Source: Desulfobacterales bacterium
Lineage (GTDB): Bacteria; Desulfobacterota; Desulfobacteria; Desulfobacterales; UBA2245
DNA: 64,000 nt
Assembly: GCA_040771865.1 (NCBI GenBank)
Contig: JAXGZF010000004.1
Span: 353,916 to 417,915 of the forward strand
Direction of reading: 5' to 3'
Notes under the pieces: model-generated
What the model was told of the DNA's origin: nothing
Database searches by the model: none
What the model saw: only the letters and a program-made list of their open reading frames with translations
Shown: piece by piece, positions 30,579-41,418 of the stretch
Layout of the letters: each line of letters opens with the position of its first letter
Position numbering within the stretch: position 1 is the first letter of the stretch
Program-made: the position numbers and the translations under genes

Positions 30579-32308
30579 CAGGCAGACTCCTCTTCTTCCG
30601 GATCCGGCAGATACAGGGTGACAATGGTTCCTTCTCCAGGGCGGCTTTCGACCTCGATCCGGCCTTCATGGGCCTCGATAATGTTGTGGACGATGGCAAG
30701 CCCCAGGCCGGCGCCGGATGACCGGGTTGTAAAGTACGGATCAAATATGCGGGATAAATGCTCGGGCAAAATTCCGCGGCCGGTGTCCTGAATTCGAATC
30801 TGCAGAATATTCGAGTCCTTTTTTGCCGAAACCGTGAGCCGGCTTTCTGAATCCATGGATTCCAGGGCATTGAGATAGAGATTCAGCAGAACCTGGCGGA
30901 TCTTATCCGGATCAATTCGGGCCGTGATGTTTTCGGGAACCACGTCGACGGTTACCGCCACTTTGTTTTCATCGGCCTTCCGGCGCACCAGCGTCAGGGA
31001 GTCGAAGATCAGCTCCCGAATGCAAACCGGTTTTCTGGACAGGGATACGGGCCGGGAGAAATCCAGCAGCTGTCCGACCACCCGGTTGAGGCGATCCACT
31101 TCTTGAATCATGATGTCGGCTATTTTCAGATCTTCCGGGACCGCCTGGTAGCGCTCTCTGAAATAGGTGGCAAATCCTTTGATGGAACTCAAGGGATTTC
31201 GAATTTCATGGGCCACACCGGCGGCCAGCCCCCCGACGGTGGCCATGCGCTGGTTTCGGGCGATCTGGCGGTGCAGGGCTTGAATTTCGCTTAAATCCTT
31301 CAGCAGAATGATATGCCCCACAAGGCGTTCGTTTTCATCCCGAAGCGTCGAAACGCTGACCTGAAGGGGAACCGGTCGATCCCCTATGGAGCATTCGATC
31401 TCCTTTTCCAGAGTGGCCCGGCAATTGGTGATTAATTCGATCAGCTTTTCGGGCAGAACTTCCCGGACCTGCTTTCCCGCAGCCGCTTCGCGGAAAAGGT
31501 TCAGTATTCCGGCCGCCGCCGGATTCAGGGAAACGATGCGTTCCTGTTCATCAACGGCCAGCAGACCGGCGGGCATTTTTTCGACGATGGTGTCGGAAAA
31601 TGTCCGCACCCGTGACAGCTCCTGCCGGGTGGCGCGGTAACTCTGAGCGAGAAACAGCAGAAAGATGCCGGCAAAACCGATCAGAAGCAGGATGCTTCCC
31701 ATGATCAGGGTATGCAGGGTGTCTGCCCGCCTGGCCGCCTCGATGGTTTCCATTTCAAGGCCGACGAAGATGATCAGATTCTGGCGCTCATGCCAGTGAA
31801 GGGGGGATGGGTCCTGAAAATCCCGGAATCGCCCGGAAGGCGGCTTCTTCGAAGGTATGAACCTGCGGAAGACCTCGAATATGGTTTTGCCGTCGCTTGA
31901 TTTTTGAATTCTTCCTCGCACATGATCAAAAGCGGCGACTGCATTCAGATCCAGACCGGTTTCCCGGCGTTGGCCGATCCGGTCCATTTGACTGTGGGCC
32001 AGAATGGTTCCCTGGGCATTGGTCACCATCAGGTAGGCGATATCGGGCTGAAGAGCGGTTTCGCTCAGAAGGTTCTGCAGGGTAAATCCACGAAGAATGC
32101 GGCGCCCCATTCCGGTACGTGCACCGGCTTCGAACGACCGGATCAGAGCCGCGCCCTTTTCCAAAAGGAGCTTGGATGCGTTTTCTTTCTGACGGTGAAT
32201 GCTTTCAAAGGTCATGACGGCAAAAATGGGAAACAGAATTCCCACGGCGGCCAGAAATATCCACGGGGGTACGCCCCAGAAACGATGAATCGAAGTTTGT
32301 TTGCGCAT
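30578..32308 (-). CDS. Membrane sensor histidine kinase (ZraS/HydH-like, PAS domain)
   Basis: EKGAALIRSFEAGARTG N-terminus, LAAGVAHEIRNPLSSIKGFA, NLYLNA, FDPYFTT. Confidence 0.9.
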   Translation of the reverse strand: MRKQTSIHRFWGVPPWIFLAAVGILFPIFAVMTFESIHRQKENASKLLLEKGAALIRSFEAGARTGMGRRILRGFTLQNLLSETALQPDIAYLMVTNAQGTILAHSQMDRIGQRRETGLDLNAVAAFDHVRGRIQKSSDGKTIFEVFRRFIPSKKPPSGRFRDFQDPSPLHWHERQNLIIFVGLEMETIEAARRADTLHTLIMGSILLLIGFAGIFLLFLAQSYRATRQELSRVRTFSDTIVEKMPAGLLAVDEQERIVSLNPAAAGILNLFREAAAGKQVREVLPEKLIELITNCRATLEKEIECSIGDRPVPLQVSVSTLRDENERLVGHIILLKDLSEIQALHRQIARNQRMATVGGLAAGVAHEIRNPLSSIKGFATYFRERYQAVPEDLKIADIMIQEVDRLNRVVGQLLDFSRPVSLSRKPVCIRELIFDSLTLVRRKADENKVAVTVDVVPENITARIDPDKIRQVLLNLYLNALESMDSESRLTVSAKKDSNILQIRIQDTGRGILPEHLSRIFDPYFTTRSSGAGLGLAIVHNIIEAHEGRIEVESRPGEGTIVTLYLPDPEEEESA

Positions 32309-32320
32309 AGGGTTTATCGG

Positions 32321-32336
32321 AGCAAATAAGATGCCA
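32321..32336 (-). promoter_or_regulatory. Putative sigma54 (-24/-12) promoter of the zraS/R-like operon
   Basis: Minus strand TGGCATCTTATTTGCT (GG-N10-GC). Confidence 0.65.
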
Positions 32337-32379
32337 TGCCATTGGATTCAGGCGTTCATGTAAACACGGACAGTGAAAA

Positions 32380-32429
32380 CGGATACTATGTATCCGGAAA
32401 TCGAATCCATATGGATATTAAGTATCCAT
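32380..32429. promoter_or_regulatory. Two palindromic sites GGATA-N5-TATCC, 32 bp apart (candidate activator binding sites)
   Basis: GGATACTATGTATCC at 32381-32395 and GGATATTAAGTATCC at 32413-32427. Confidence 0.6.
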
Positions 32430-32592
32430 TATTGGGCCAGATCACGCAACAAAATTTGCATTCAGATTTGTGAAGGGTTTGCTATTTTTTTAAAGTTTTA
32501 CTATCAGGAGAACATCGGGCAAGTTGTTTTCGTCATGTGATTCTGATGAACGGCGGGATACGCCTCGAATCGATCAATGAAAGGAAAGGCTC

Positions 32593-34170
32593 ATGCTGAT
32601 TACCGAGATGCTGGCAAGAAACGCGCGAATGTATTCGAACAAAACGGCGCTTGTGGAACGCGACCCGAACCGGAAATTGAGAAAAGAAATCACATGGAAG
32701 GACTTCGATCGCCAGTCCAATCAAACGGCTAATGCACTGATGGCGTTGGGGGTTAAAAAGGGCGATCGCGTGATCCTGTTGATGACCAACTGCATTGAGT
32801 GGCTGCCGATATATTTTGGCATTCTGCGGACCGGCGCCTGGGCCGTGCCGCTGAATTTTCGTTTTGATGCGGAAACCATTCTGCACTGCGTCCGTGTGTC
32901 CGAGGCAAAGGTTTTGATTTTCGGAGAGGAATTCATTGAACGCATCCAAAGCATCAAACCCGATCTGGATTCGGTGGTATCCAATTATGTCTTTTCCGGT
33001 CCCCGGCTGCTTTGCCCGAATTACGCCTTGTATTATGAAACTTGGATTGAGGGGCAGGACGACGCGGATCCGAAGGTGGAAATCGGTTTGATCGACGAGG
33101 CGGGGCTGTACTTTACTTCCGGAACGACCGGCATTCCCAAGGCGGTTTTGATCACCCACCGGAACCTGGAGTTTGCCGCCTACGTGGAAAACTGCCATCA
33201 CCGGCAGACCCATCAAGACAATTTTCTGTGTATTCCGCCCCTTTACCACACCGGGGCCAAAATGCACTGGTTCGGCAACCTGATCGTGGGCGCCCCGGCC
33301 GTGATTCTCAAAGGAATCGATCCGCGCTCAATTCTGGAGGCCGTCTCTGAAGAAGAAATTACCGTGGTCTGGCTGCTGGTCCCTTGGGCGCTTGATATTC
33401 TGTTTGCCATCGAAAGCGGTGAAATTAAACTGAACAGCTATCGTCTGGACCGATGGCGTCTGATGCACATTGGAGCCCAGCCCGTTCCGCCGAGTCTGAT
33501 TCGAGAATGGAAGAAGGTTTTTCCCCACCATCAGTACGATACCAATTATGGGTTAACCGAAACCACCGGTCCGGGATGCGTTCATCTGGGCATGGAAAAC
33601 GAGCACAAGGTCGGCGCCATTGGAGTTCCGGGATTTGACTGGGAGGCTCGAATCGTGGATGCTCAGCTGAACAATGTTCCTTTCGGAAGTCCGGGCGAAC
33701 TCATGGTTCGCGGCCCGGGCGTGATGAAATGCTATTATAAGAATCCAGAGGCAACGGCGCAGACGATTATCGACGGATGGCTGCTGACCGGTGATGTCGC
33801 CCGTCAGGACGAGGATGGATTCATCTGGCTGGTGGACCGGAAAAAAGATGTGATCATCACGGGCGGTGAAAATATCTATCCGGTCGAGATCGAAGACTTT
33901 CTTCAGGCCCACCCCAAGATTCAGGATGTGGCCGTCATCGGTCTGCCCAGCCTTCGGCTGGGAGAGATCGCGACCGCCATTATCCAGGTCAAGGCCGGAC
34001 AGACACTTGGAAAAGACGAGATTGACGCGTACTGCGAGGATCTTCCCCGATACAAAAGGCCCCGGCGGATTATTTTTGACGCGGTTCCGCGAAACGCTAC
34101 GGGTAAAATTGAAAAGCCCAAGCTTCGCAAAAAATACGCGGGCAGCGAGGAAAGTTTTCAGATTGAATAA
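32593..34170 (+). CDS. AMP-forming acyl-CoA synthetase
   Basis: FTSGTTGIPKAV, YGLTET, TGDVA, DRKKDVIITGGENIYP, PRNATGKI. Confidence 0.93.
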   Translation: MLITEMLARNARMYSNKTALVERDPNRKLRKEITWKDFDRQSNQTANALMALGVKKGDRVILLMTNCIEWLPIYFGILRTGAWAVPLNFRFDAETILHCVRVSEAKVLIFGEEFIERIQSIKPDLDSVVSNYVFSGPRLLCPNYALYYETWIEGQDDADPKVEIGLIDEAGLYFTSGTTGIPKAVLITHRNLEFAAYVENCHHRQTHQDNFLCIPPLYHTGAKMHWFGNLIVGAPAVILKGIDPRSILEAVSEEEITVVWLLVPWALDILFAIESGEIKLNSYRLDRWRLMHIGAQPVPPSLIREWKKVFPHHQYDTNYGLTETTGPGCVHLGMENEHKVGAIGVPGFDWEARIVDAQLNNVPFGSPGELMVRGPGVMKCYYKNPEATAQTIIDGWLLTGDVARQDEDGFIWLVDRKKDVIITGGENIYPVEIEDFLQAHPKIQDVAVIGLPSLRLGEIATAIIQVKAGQTLGKDEIDAYCEDLPRYKRPRRIIFDAVPRNATGKIEKPKLRKKYAGSEESFQIE

Positions 34171-34172
34171 AT

Positions 34173-34207
34173 AATACCCGCGGGCGAAAAATCCGCCCGC
34201 GGGTATT
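34173..34207. terminator. Bidirectional intrinsic terminator
   Basis: AATACCCGCGGGCG...CGCCCGCGGGTATT between convergent genes. Confidence 0.8.
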
Positions 34208-34228
34208 GAATTCTTTCAGCTCAAGATC

Positions 34229-36139
34229 TTATTTGTCTTTGACCTCTTCGAAATCCGCATCGACGACATCGTCATCAGATCCGGGTTTCTGAGAGGCGCC
34301 GGTCTGGTCGCCGCCTTCATCCTTGTGACTTGAAGCGGCTTTCTGATACATGGCTTCCGCCAGTTTGTGAGACGCCTGTGTCAGTTCTTCCGTTTTCTGT
34401 TTAATCTCCTGCGTGTCGCTGCCTTCCATGGCTTTCTTAAGGCGTCCGATGGCTTCTTCCACATTGGTTTTGGTGGTGCTGTCCACCTTTCCGCCCAGCT
34501 CCTTGATGGACTTTTCCGTGGAGTAGATCATGGTGTCGGCGATATTTCTGGCTTCAACCAGCTCTTTCTTCTTTTTATCCTCTTCGGAATGCATTTCGGC
34601 GTCTTTAATGGCCTGATTGATCTCATCCTTGGAAAGGCCGCTGGAGGCGGTGATCTTGATGGACTGTTCCTTTCCGGTTCCCAGATCCTTGGCCGAAACA
34701 TTCACGATGCCGTTGGCATCGATGTCAAAGGTCACCTCAACCTGTGGAACGCCTCGAGGCGCCGGAGGAATGCCCACAAGCTCGAAACGCCCCAGCGTCT
34801 TGTTGTAGGCGGCCATCTCCCGTTCGCCCTGCAGCACGTGAATCGAAACCGCGGGCTGATTGTCGGCAGCCGTGGAAAAGACCTGACTTTTTCGCGTCGG
34901 AATGGTGGTGTTTTTCTCAATCAGCCGGGTCATGACGCCGCCTAGGGTTTCGATTCCCAGAGAGAGCGGGGTGACGTCCAGAAGCAGAACGTCTTTGACG
35001 TCTCCCTTGAGAACGCCGGCCTGAATCGCGGCGCCCATGGCCACGACCTCATCGGGGTTTACGCCCTTGTGCGGCTCTTTACTGAAGATCTTCTTGACCC
35101 GTTCCTGGACCGCCGGCATGCGGGTCATGCCGCCGACCAGAACCACCTCGTTGATATCCTTGGGGCTCATTCCGGCGTCTTTCAGCGCGGTCCGGCAGGG
35201 GCCTTCCAGTTTATCCAGAAGATCGGCGACCAGATTTTCCAGTTTGGCTCTCGAGACGCGGATGTTCAGGTGTTTTGGACCGCTTGCATCCGCAGTGATA
35301 AAAGGAAGATTCACATCGGTTTCCATGGAGGAGGACAGTTCCATCTTGGCTTTTTCCGCGGCTTCCTTGAGCCGCTGCAACGCCATCTTGTCTGACCGCA
35401 GATCAATGCCCTGATCCTTCTTGAATTCGTCGGCCAGATAATCGATCAGACGAAGATCAAAGTCCTCGCCGCCAAGGTGGGTGTCTCCATTGGTGGACTT
35501 GACTTCAAAGACCCCTTCGCCGATTTCCAGAATGGAAATGTCGAAGGTGCCGCCACCGAGGTCAAAAACCGCTATCTTTTCTTCGGCGTGTTTGTCGAGC
35601 CCGTAAGCCAGAGAAGCGGCCGTGGGTTCATTGATGATGCGCAGCACGTTGAGTCCGGCAATTTTTCCGGCATCCTTGGTGGCTTGGCGCTGAGAGTCGT
35701 TAAAATAAGCCGGAACGGTAATCACTGCATCGGTTATTGTTTCACCGAGATAGTCCTCGGCGCTTTTTTTGATGTTGGCCAGAATGAAAGCCGAAATTTC
35801 CGCCGGACTGTAAGGCTTGCCCTGAAGATTGATCCGAACGTCGCCGTTGGGTGCTTTTTCGATTTTATAGGGAAGCACCTTGATATCGCGCTGCACCTCC
35901 TGGGAATCGTATTTCCGGCCGATGAGACGTTTGACGGCGAATACGGTGTTTTCAGGATTGGTGATGGCCTGGCGTTTTGCAATCTGTCCCACCTGGCGCT
36001 CACCGCTGCCGGTGATGGCGACGATGGACGGCGTGGTCCGGCCGCCCTCGGCGTTCGTAATCACCTTCGGATCGCCCCCTTCCATAATCGCCACGCATGA
36101 ATTGGTGGTTCCCAGATCGATTCCGATTACCTTGCCCAT
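34229..36139 (-). CDS. dnaK: Chaperone DnaK
   Basis: [49 protein letters not shown]. Confidence 0.99.
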   Translation of the reverse strand: MGKVIGIDLGTTNSCVAIMEGGDPKVITNAEGGRTTPSIVAITGSGERQVGQIAKRQAITNPENTVFAVKRLIGRKYDSQEVQRDIKVLPYKIEKAPNGDVRINLQGKPYSPAEISAFILANIKKSAEDYLGETITDAVITVPAYFNDSQRQATKDAGKIAGLNVLRIINEPTAASLAYGLDKHAEEKIAVFDLGGGTFDISILEIGEGVFEVKSTNGDTHLGGEDFDLRLIDYLADEFKKDQGIDLRSDKMALQRLKEAAEKAKMELSSSMETDVNLPFITADASGPKHLNIRVSRAKLENLVADLLDKLEGPCRTALKDAGMSPKDINEVVLVGGMTRMPAVQERVKKIFSKEPHKGVNPDEVVAMGAAIQAGVLKGDVKDVLLLDVTPLSLGIETLGGVMTRLIEKNTTIPTRKSQVFSTAADNQPAVSIHVLQGEREMAAYNKTLGRFELVGIPPAPRGVPQVEVTFDIDANGIVNVSAKDLGTGKEQSIKITASSGLSKDEINQAIKDAEMHSEEDKKKKELVEARNIADTMIYSTEKSIKELGGKVDSTTKTNVEEAIGRLKKAMEGSDTQEIKQKTEELTQASHKLAEAMYQKAASSHKDEGGDQTGASQKPGSDDDVVDADFEEVKDK

Positions 36140-36184
36140 TGATATTCCTCCTTAAATGGTTGCCTGTATGTAGGTATTTTTATT

Positions 36185-36784
36185 TTATTTGCTTTTACCG
36201 GATCTTTCGCCGGGTTTGCTTACAATTACCATGCTGGGTCTGAGCAGACGGTCATGCAGCATGTAGCCTTTTTGCAGTTCTTTGACGACGGTGTTTTCCG
36301 GGTGGTCGTTGCTTGTTTCCTGGGCCACAGCCTGATGAAAATTCGGGTCAAAGATTTCCCCTGTGGCCGTAATGGGAACGGCGCCGAATTTTTCAAAGAC
36401 CTTTAAAATTTCGTTCCGGGTCATTTCAACGCCCTGTAAAAGAGATTGAATGCCGCCTTCTTCGGCCCGGGCCGATTCGATGGCCCGTTCCAGATTGTCT
36501 ACCACCGGAAGCAGCTCCTTGAGCAGTGCCTCGTTGGCAAATTTTCTGAAATCAGCGATTTCTCTTGCCGTACGTTTTTTGAAGTTTTCAAATTCAGCGG
36601 CAAGTCTTAAAAAGCGGTCATGCGTTTCTGCCGCCTTTTGCTCAGCTTCAAGAAGCTTTGCGGCATCATCAGCGGATTGCTGGCCTGCTTCCTCTGTCGA
36701 TGTCGGCGGTCTGGAAATGCTGTCGACATCTTCATGGGCCTCTTGAATTTCAATATTGTTCGCTTTTTTTTTGTGATCGCTCAT
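36185..36784 (-). CDS. grpE: Nucleotide exchange factor GrpE
   Basis: AEFENFKKR, LPVVDNLERA, FDPNFHQA, KGYMLHDRLLRPSMV. Confidence 0.97.
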   Translation of the reverse strand: MSDHKKKANNIEIQEAHEDVDSISRPPTSTEEAGQQSADDAAKLLEAEQKAAETHDRFLRLAAEFENFKKRTAREIADFRKFANEALLKELLPVVDNLERAIESARAEEGGIQSLLQGVEMTRNEILKVFEKFGAVPITATGEIFDPNFHQAVAQETSNDHPENTVVKELQKGYMLHDRLLRPSMVIVSKPGERSGKSK

Positions 36785-37024
36785 GCGTTCAAATCTTCTC
36801 CAGACTTTCCGGTCAAAGCGGCTGAAGCCGCGGGCGATTGGCTCTTGTACCGAGAAAATTTTGTATGCTGTATCAATAACGATTCAAAAATAAGACGGCC
36901 TGATGCAATGTCAAGGTGATATTTGTGTATGATTCCCCAAAATATGAGCCTCAGGGCAATTTTTTTGGACGGGTATGATCAGAAATTGAATGGAAGGTTT
37001 CAAAACAAGAATGGGGACCGGGAA

Positions 37025-37283
37025 AACCGGTTGTGCACCCGTTATCGAGTTTTCCGGAATCACGGGAGGCATAATCAAAATCGGGATCGATCCACGACAC
37101 AGACGACATTACTTATCGCTGCTTCCTTCCGGACCTGACGAGGTTCGTAAGCGTCTGTTGCGCGGCGGCCGATCTGAATGCCTTCTATAATTCAGGATTC
37201 AACCCTCAAACGGGAATTCAGCCCCGCATAAAGCGGATTTCGGGAAAAGGGCACCGCTAACTCCCCGCCTAGCACAACCGGTT
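37025..37283 (-). ncRNA. ffs: Signal recognition particle RNA, large (Alu-domain) bacterial type
   Basis: Minus strand has GTCAGGTCCGGAAGGAAGCAGC (domain IV), a 5' GTGCTAGGCGGGGAGTTAGCGGTGCCC resembling Bacillus scRNA, and a closing helix AACCGGTTGTGC/GCACAACCGGTT. Confidence 0.9.
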
Positions 37284-37287
37284 TTCA

Positions 37288-37316
37288 ACTATAGTCAGGC
37301 GTTGATTTTTTTTCAA
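37288..37316 (-). promoter_or_regulatory. Sigma70 promoter of the SRP RNA
   Basis: Minus strand TTGAAA, 17-nt spacer, TATAGT just upstream of the RNA 5' end. Confidence 0.7.
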
Positions 37317-37577
37317 GGGGAAAAAGATCCAGCGCCGCAACATATCGATTTTGCAAATAAGACCAATTATTGTCTTGCAGGATGCCGGTCAGCACTGCGG
37401 CGCCCGCTGAGTTCTAATCATTCCAAAGGGATTGCGACGTATCGGGCTTATATCATCAACGAAAACGAATTGAAGGTCTCGCCCCAGCAGGGGATGATGT
37501 TGACATCCAACTGAGCCTGTCGTATAGCTCAGATGAATTCGGAACCTGCCCCGTATTTTTTAGAAGAGAGCATCTTT

Positions 37578-37973
37578 ATGACTCCAAAATTATTCATTGC
37601 AGTTTGTATTTCTTTTTTTGCTTTTTGCGCGGGATGCGCCGCTCCTGTGATTGTTGGTGTCGGTGCCGGCACCGGCGTTTATTCCTATATGAATGGTGAG
37701 CTCAAGCGCGCATATCCCGCTTCCCTGGAAACCAGCCTTGCCGCCGTGAACGATTCTTTGGATTCCATGAAAATCAATGTGGAGAAAAAGGAGTCAGACG
37801 GGGTTCAGACCGTCGTTTCGGCCAAGCGCTCCGATCAGACGCCGGTGACGGTCAAGTTGACCATACTCGCGCCCCGGTTGACGGAAATTTCGGTTCGTAC
37901 CGGCGTTGTTGGGCTGTGGGACCGGAAAGTCTCCGAGCTAATCCATGCCAGCATCGCGCAAAGGCTCCAGTAA
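37578..37973 (+). CDS. Putative lipoprotein (DUF3568-like)
   Basis: Lipobox CAGC, Gly-rich segment, ISVRTGVVG. Confidence 0.7.
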   Translation: MTPKLFIAVCISFFAFCAGCAAPVIVGVGAGTGVYSYMNGELKRAYPASLETSLAAVNDSLDSMKINVEKKESDGVQTVVSAKRSDQTPVTVKLTILAPRLTEISVRTGVVGLWDRKVSELIHASIAQRLQ

Positions 37974-39399
37974 TTACCTGATATCAAGAGTTTTCAATAC
38001 AACGGCCGCCTTTGGAATGTTCCGACCTGGCGATAAGGTGCTGGTCGGGGTGTCCGGAGGGCCGGATTCCGTGGTCCTGCTGCATATTCTGAATGCGATG
38101 CGCGATCGGTTGCCCCTGCATCTTGCGGTTGCGCATCTGAACCACGGGCTTCGCGGGGAGGCGTCGAATCGGGATGAGTCTTTTGTCCGAAACCTGGCCG
38201 GGAAAATGGGTGCTCCCTTTTTTTGCGAGCGAATCGACGCGCGTGCCCTGGCGGGTGTGCAGGGGCGTTCTCTTGAAGAGACCGGACGCATGGCGCGGTA
38301 TGAGTTTTTTCACCGCATCGCTGACCTTCATGGTTTCGAGAAGATCGCCATAGGGCATCATGCCGACGACAATGCCGAATCCGTATTGATGTATCTGCTG
38401 AGGGGAAGCGGTATATTGGGCCTTTCGGGAATTTCTCCGGTTTGGGGTTCGAGAATTGTCAGGCCCCTGATCCGCCTTCACCGAAAGGAAATATTAAGGT
38501 ATTTGTCCGAAAATCGGCTGAGCTTTGTGTTGGACTCATCCAATGAAGATATCGGTTTTATTCGAAATCGCATCCGTTGCCAACTGATTCCTCTGCTTCA
38601 AAACCAGTATAATCCGAAAATTATTCATGCCTTAAACCGGCTTTCGAATCTGGCCTGCGCGGAGGAGGCCTGGCTGGTTTCCATTACGACGCCTCTTCTT
38701 CAGAAAGCGACAGTCCGGGAAGAAACCAACCGGAGGGAGCTTTGCATACGGATACTGCGAAAGCATCCTGTGGGCGCTTTACGCCGTATTCTCCGTCAGG
38801 CCGTCGAGCGCGTGAAGGGGGATCTGCGGCGCATTTCACTGGCGCATGTGGATGCGGCTGTCAAGCTCATTTATGGAGACAACGACCGGGCAAGGTTGGA
38901 TTTGCCTGATCAAATCCGGATTCAGCGGGATCAGGATCATTTGATCATTTCAAGGGAAGATGGCTGCCGACAAAGGGAATTGAGCGATTCTGCGTCTTCC
39001 TGCGGATTCTGCTACACGATTGACTCGGACACGCGGTCGCTTTTCATCGAACCGATGGGCGCGTACCTGATTTTGACACACCTTGAAAATTCAGGCTTTC
39101 AAATGCTTAAGAATGCCGGTAATTCAGTCGCTTTTCTGGATCGGGATTGCCTCCGCTTTCCTCTGAAGGTCAGAAATCCGATGCCCGGCGACCGTTTTGT
39201 CCCGCTGGGCATGAAGGGGCGACAGAAACTGAAAAAATATTTGATCAATCGAAAAGTTCCTCGCAAGGTTCGCAGCCGGTGCCCGGTTTTATTGAGCCAG
39301 GATCAAATCATCTGGATCGGAGGACATCAAATCGATGATTCGGTTAAGATTTCATCCAAAACCCGTTACATACTCAAGATCGAACTTTTGCTTGCCTAA
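37945..39399 (+). CDS. tilS: tRNA(Ile)-lysidine synthetase
   Basis: VSGGPDS PP-loop, HLNHGLRG, GHHADD, DSSN, RNRIR; exact start uncertain (37945 or 38017). Confidence 0.93.
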   Translation: MPASRKGSSNYLISRVFNTTAAFGMFRPGDKVLVGVSGGPDSVVLLHILNAMRDRLPLHLAVAHLNHGLRGEASNRDESFVRNLAGKMGAPFFCERIDARALAGVQGRSLEETGRMARYEFFHRIADLHGFEKIAIGHHADDNAESVLMYLLRGSGILGLSGISPVWGSRIVRPLIRLHRKEILRYLSENRLSFVLDSSNEDIGFIRNRIRCQLIPLLQNQYNPKIIHALNRLSNLACAEEAWLVSITTPLLQKATVREETNRRELCIRILRKHPVGALRRILRQAVERVKGDLRRISLAHVDAAVKLIYGDNDRARLDLPDQIRIQRDQDHLIISREDGCRQRELSDSASSCGFCYTIDSDTRSLFIEPMGAYLILTHLENSGFQMLKNAGNSVAFLDRDCLRFPLKVRNPMPGDRFVPLGMKGRQKLKKYLINRKVPRKVRSRCPVLLSQDQIIWIGGHQIDDSVKISSKTRYILKIELLLA

Positions 39400-39531
39400 T
39401 AGGCAATAATGATTATTATACAAAAATAAACGGCGCGTAAATTCCGACGGATGCGATGCGCCGTGCGGCGCCGGATTTGAATACCAGGGCAGACTGTATT
39501 CAATGGCCGGACAGATTAGGAGGAACGATAT

Positions 39532-41388
39532 TTGAACCCTTTTTACAAGAATTTGGCTTTATGGCTGGTCGTTACGCTGATGGTCGTGATGCTGTACAAT
39601 CTGTTTAATCAGCACCAGCTGTCGGATTCCAGCCTGAGTTATTCCGAACTTCTTACCATGGTTGAATCCGAGCGGATCGGCGAGGTGGTGATTCAGGGGC
39701 AGGAACTGCATGTGACAGATATTAACAATAAAAAGTACAAGGTGTTTGCCCCCCAGGATGCGGATCTAATTCGCATGCTGAGGAACAAGGGAATTGCGAT
39801 CAAGGCTCAGCCCCCTGTGGAATCTCCATGGTATATGTCCATGCTGGCGTCATGGCTTCCGATGATCGTTCTGATCGGGGTTTGGATATTTTTCATGCGC
39901 CAGATGCAGAGCGGGGGCGGAAAGGCCATGTCTTTCGGTAAGAGCCGGGCCCGGTTGATGTCCGACCAGTCGGTTAAGGTGACCTTTGATGATGTTGCCG
40001 GAATCGAGGAAGCCAAGGAGGAGCTCAGCGAGATTGTCGAGTTTCTCAGGGAGCCCAAGAAGTTTACCCGCCTGGGTGGACGGATTCCCAAGGGAGTTCT
40101 GCTCATGGGGCCTCCTGGAACCGGAAAGACCCTGCTGGCGCGGGCGATTGCCGGGGAGGCCGGCGTGCCCTTTTTCAGCATCAGCGGATCGGATTTTGTG
40201 GAGATGTTTGTCGGCGTCGGGGCATCGCGGGTCCGGGATCTGTTCGTTCAGGGCAAGAAAAATGCGCCGTGCATAATTTTTATCGATGAGATTGACGCTG
40301 TTGGCCGGCATCGGGGAGCGGGTCTTGGCGGCGGACACGATGAGCGGGAGCAGACGCTGAACCAGCTTCTGGTTGAGATGGACGGATTTGAGTCCAACGA
40401 GGGCGTCATTCTAATCTCCGCGACCAACCGTCCCGATGTTCTGGATCCGGCTCTGCTGCGTCCGGGGCGTTTTGATCGACAGGTCATGGTGGCGCTGCCC
40501 GATATCAAAGGACGAGAGCAGATTCTGCGCGTTCACATGAAAAGAACGCCTGTAGGGCCGGATGTCAATCCGACCGTGATCGCCAAGGGAACGCCCGGAT
40601 TTTCCGGAGCGGATCTGGAGAATCTTGTCAATGAGGCGGCGTTGCTGGCAGCCAAGCGAAACAAAGAAAAAGTCGATATGCATGATCTGGAGGATGCCAA
40701 GGACAAGGTTTACATGGGTCTGGAACGCAAGTCCAAGGTCATCCGGGAAGAAGACCGGCGCACCACGGCCTACCATGAAGCCGGTCATGCCCTGGTGGCC
40801 AGGTTGCTGCCGCATACCGACATCGTCAACAAGATAACGATCATCCCCCGAGGAAGGGCCGCCGGAGTGACCTGGTTTTTGCCCGAAGAGCGGGATTTCA
40901 AATACAAGGACCAGCTCCAAAGTGATCTTTCGGTTGCCTACGGCGGCCGTGTGGCGGAGGAACTCGTGCTCAATCGCATCAGTACCGGCGCTTCCAATGA
41001 TATCAAACAGGCCACGGATCTGGCGCACAAGATGGTACGAGCCTGGGGCATGAGCGATAATCTGGGTCCTCTTTCCTATGGAAAGAATGAGGAACAGATT
41101 TTTCTCGGCCGTGAGATCGCCCAGCACCGGGATTATTCCGAGGAAACGGCCCGCAGGATTGATGGCGAGGTTCAGTCGCTGATTCAGAATGCATATAATC
41201 AGTCAAAGCGTCTTCTGGAGGAAAACATCGACATTCTGCACAAGCTGGCCGAGCTTCTGCTCGAGAAGGAAACGGTCCTGGGAAGCGAGCTGGATTCACT
41301 TATCCTTTCCATGAAACCCGGATTCAAGTTCCCAACGCCGCGTGATGAAGACGCCGGCTCGACCCCTGAGGCGCAGGTCAAAACCTGA
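39532..41388 (+). CDS. ftsH: ATP-dependent zinc metalloprotease FtsH
   Basis: [11 protein letters not shown] motif, HEAGH; TTG start after AGGAGG. Confidence 0.98.
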   Translation: MNPFYKNLALWLVVTLMVVMLYNLFNQHQLSDSSLSYSELLTMVESERIGEVVIQGQELHVTDINNKKYKVFAPQDADLIRMLRNKGIAIKAQPPVESPWYMSMLASWLPMIVLIGVWIFFMRQMQSGGGKAMSFGKSRARLMSDQSVKVTFDDVAGIEEAKEELSEIVEFLREPKKFTRLGGRIPKGVLLMGPPGTGKTLLARAIAGEAGVPFFSISGSDFVEMFVGVGASRVRDLFVQGKKNAPCIIFIDEIDAVGRHRGAGLGGGHDEREQTLNQLLVEMDGFESNEGVILISATNRPDVLDPALLRPGRFDRQVMVALPDIKGREQILRVHMKRTPVGPDVNPTVIAKGTPGFSGADLENLVNEAALLAAKRNKEKVDMHDLEDAKDKVYMGLERKSKVIREEDRRTTAYHEAGHALVARLLPHTDIVNKITIIPRGRAAGVTWFLPEERDFKYKDQLQSDLSVAYGGRVAEELVLNRISTGASNDIKQATDLAHKMVRAWGMSDNLGPLSYGKNEEQIFLGREIAQHRDYSEETARRIDGEVQSLIQNAYNQSKRLLEENIDILHKLAELLLEKETVLGSELDSLILSMKPGFKFPTPRDEDAGSTPEAQVKT

Positions 41389-41418
41389 TCCCAGGAACAG
41401 AATTTGTAAACACGTGGC

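Noticed and set aside
37250..37280. CIRCE-like element upstream of grpE
   Set aside because: Does not match TTAGCACTC-N9-GAGTGCTAA and is explained by the SRP RNA 5' domain
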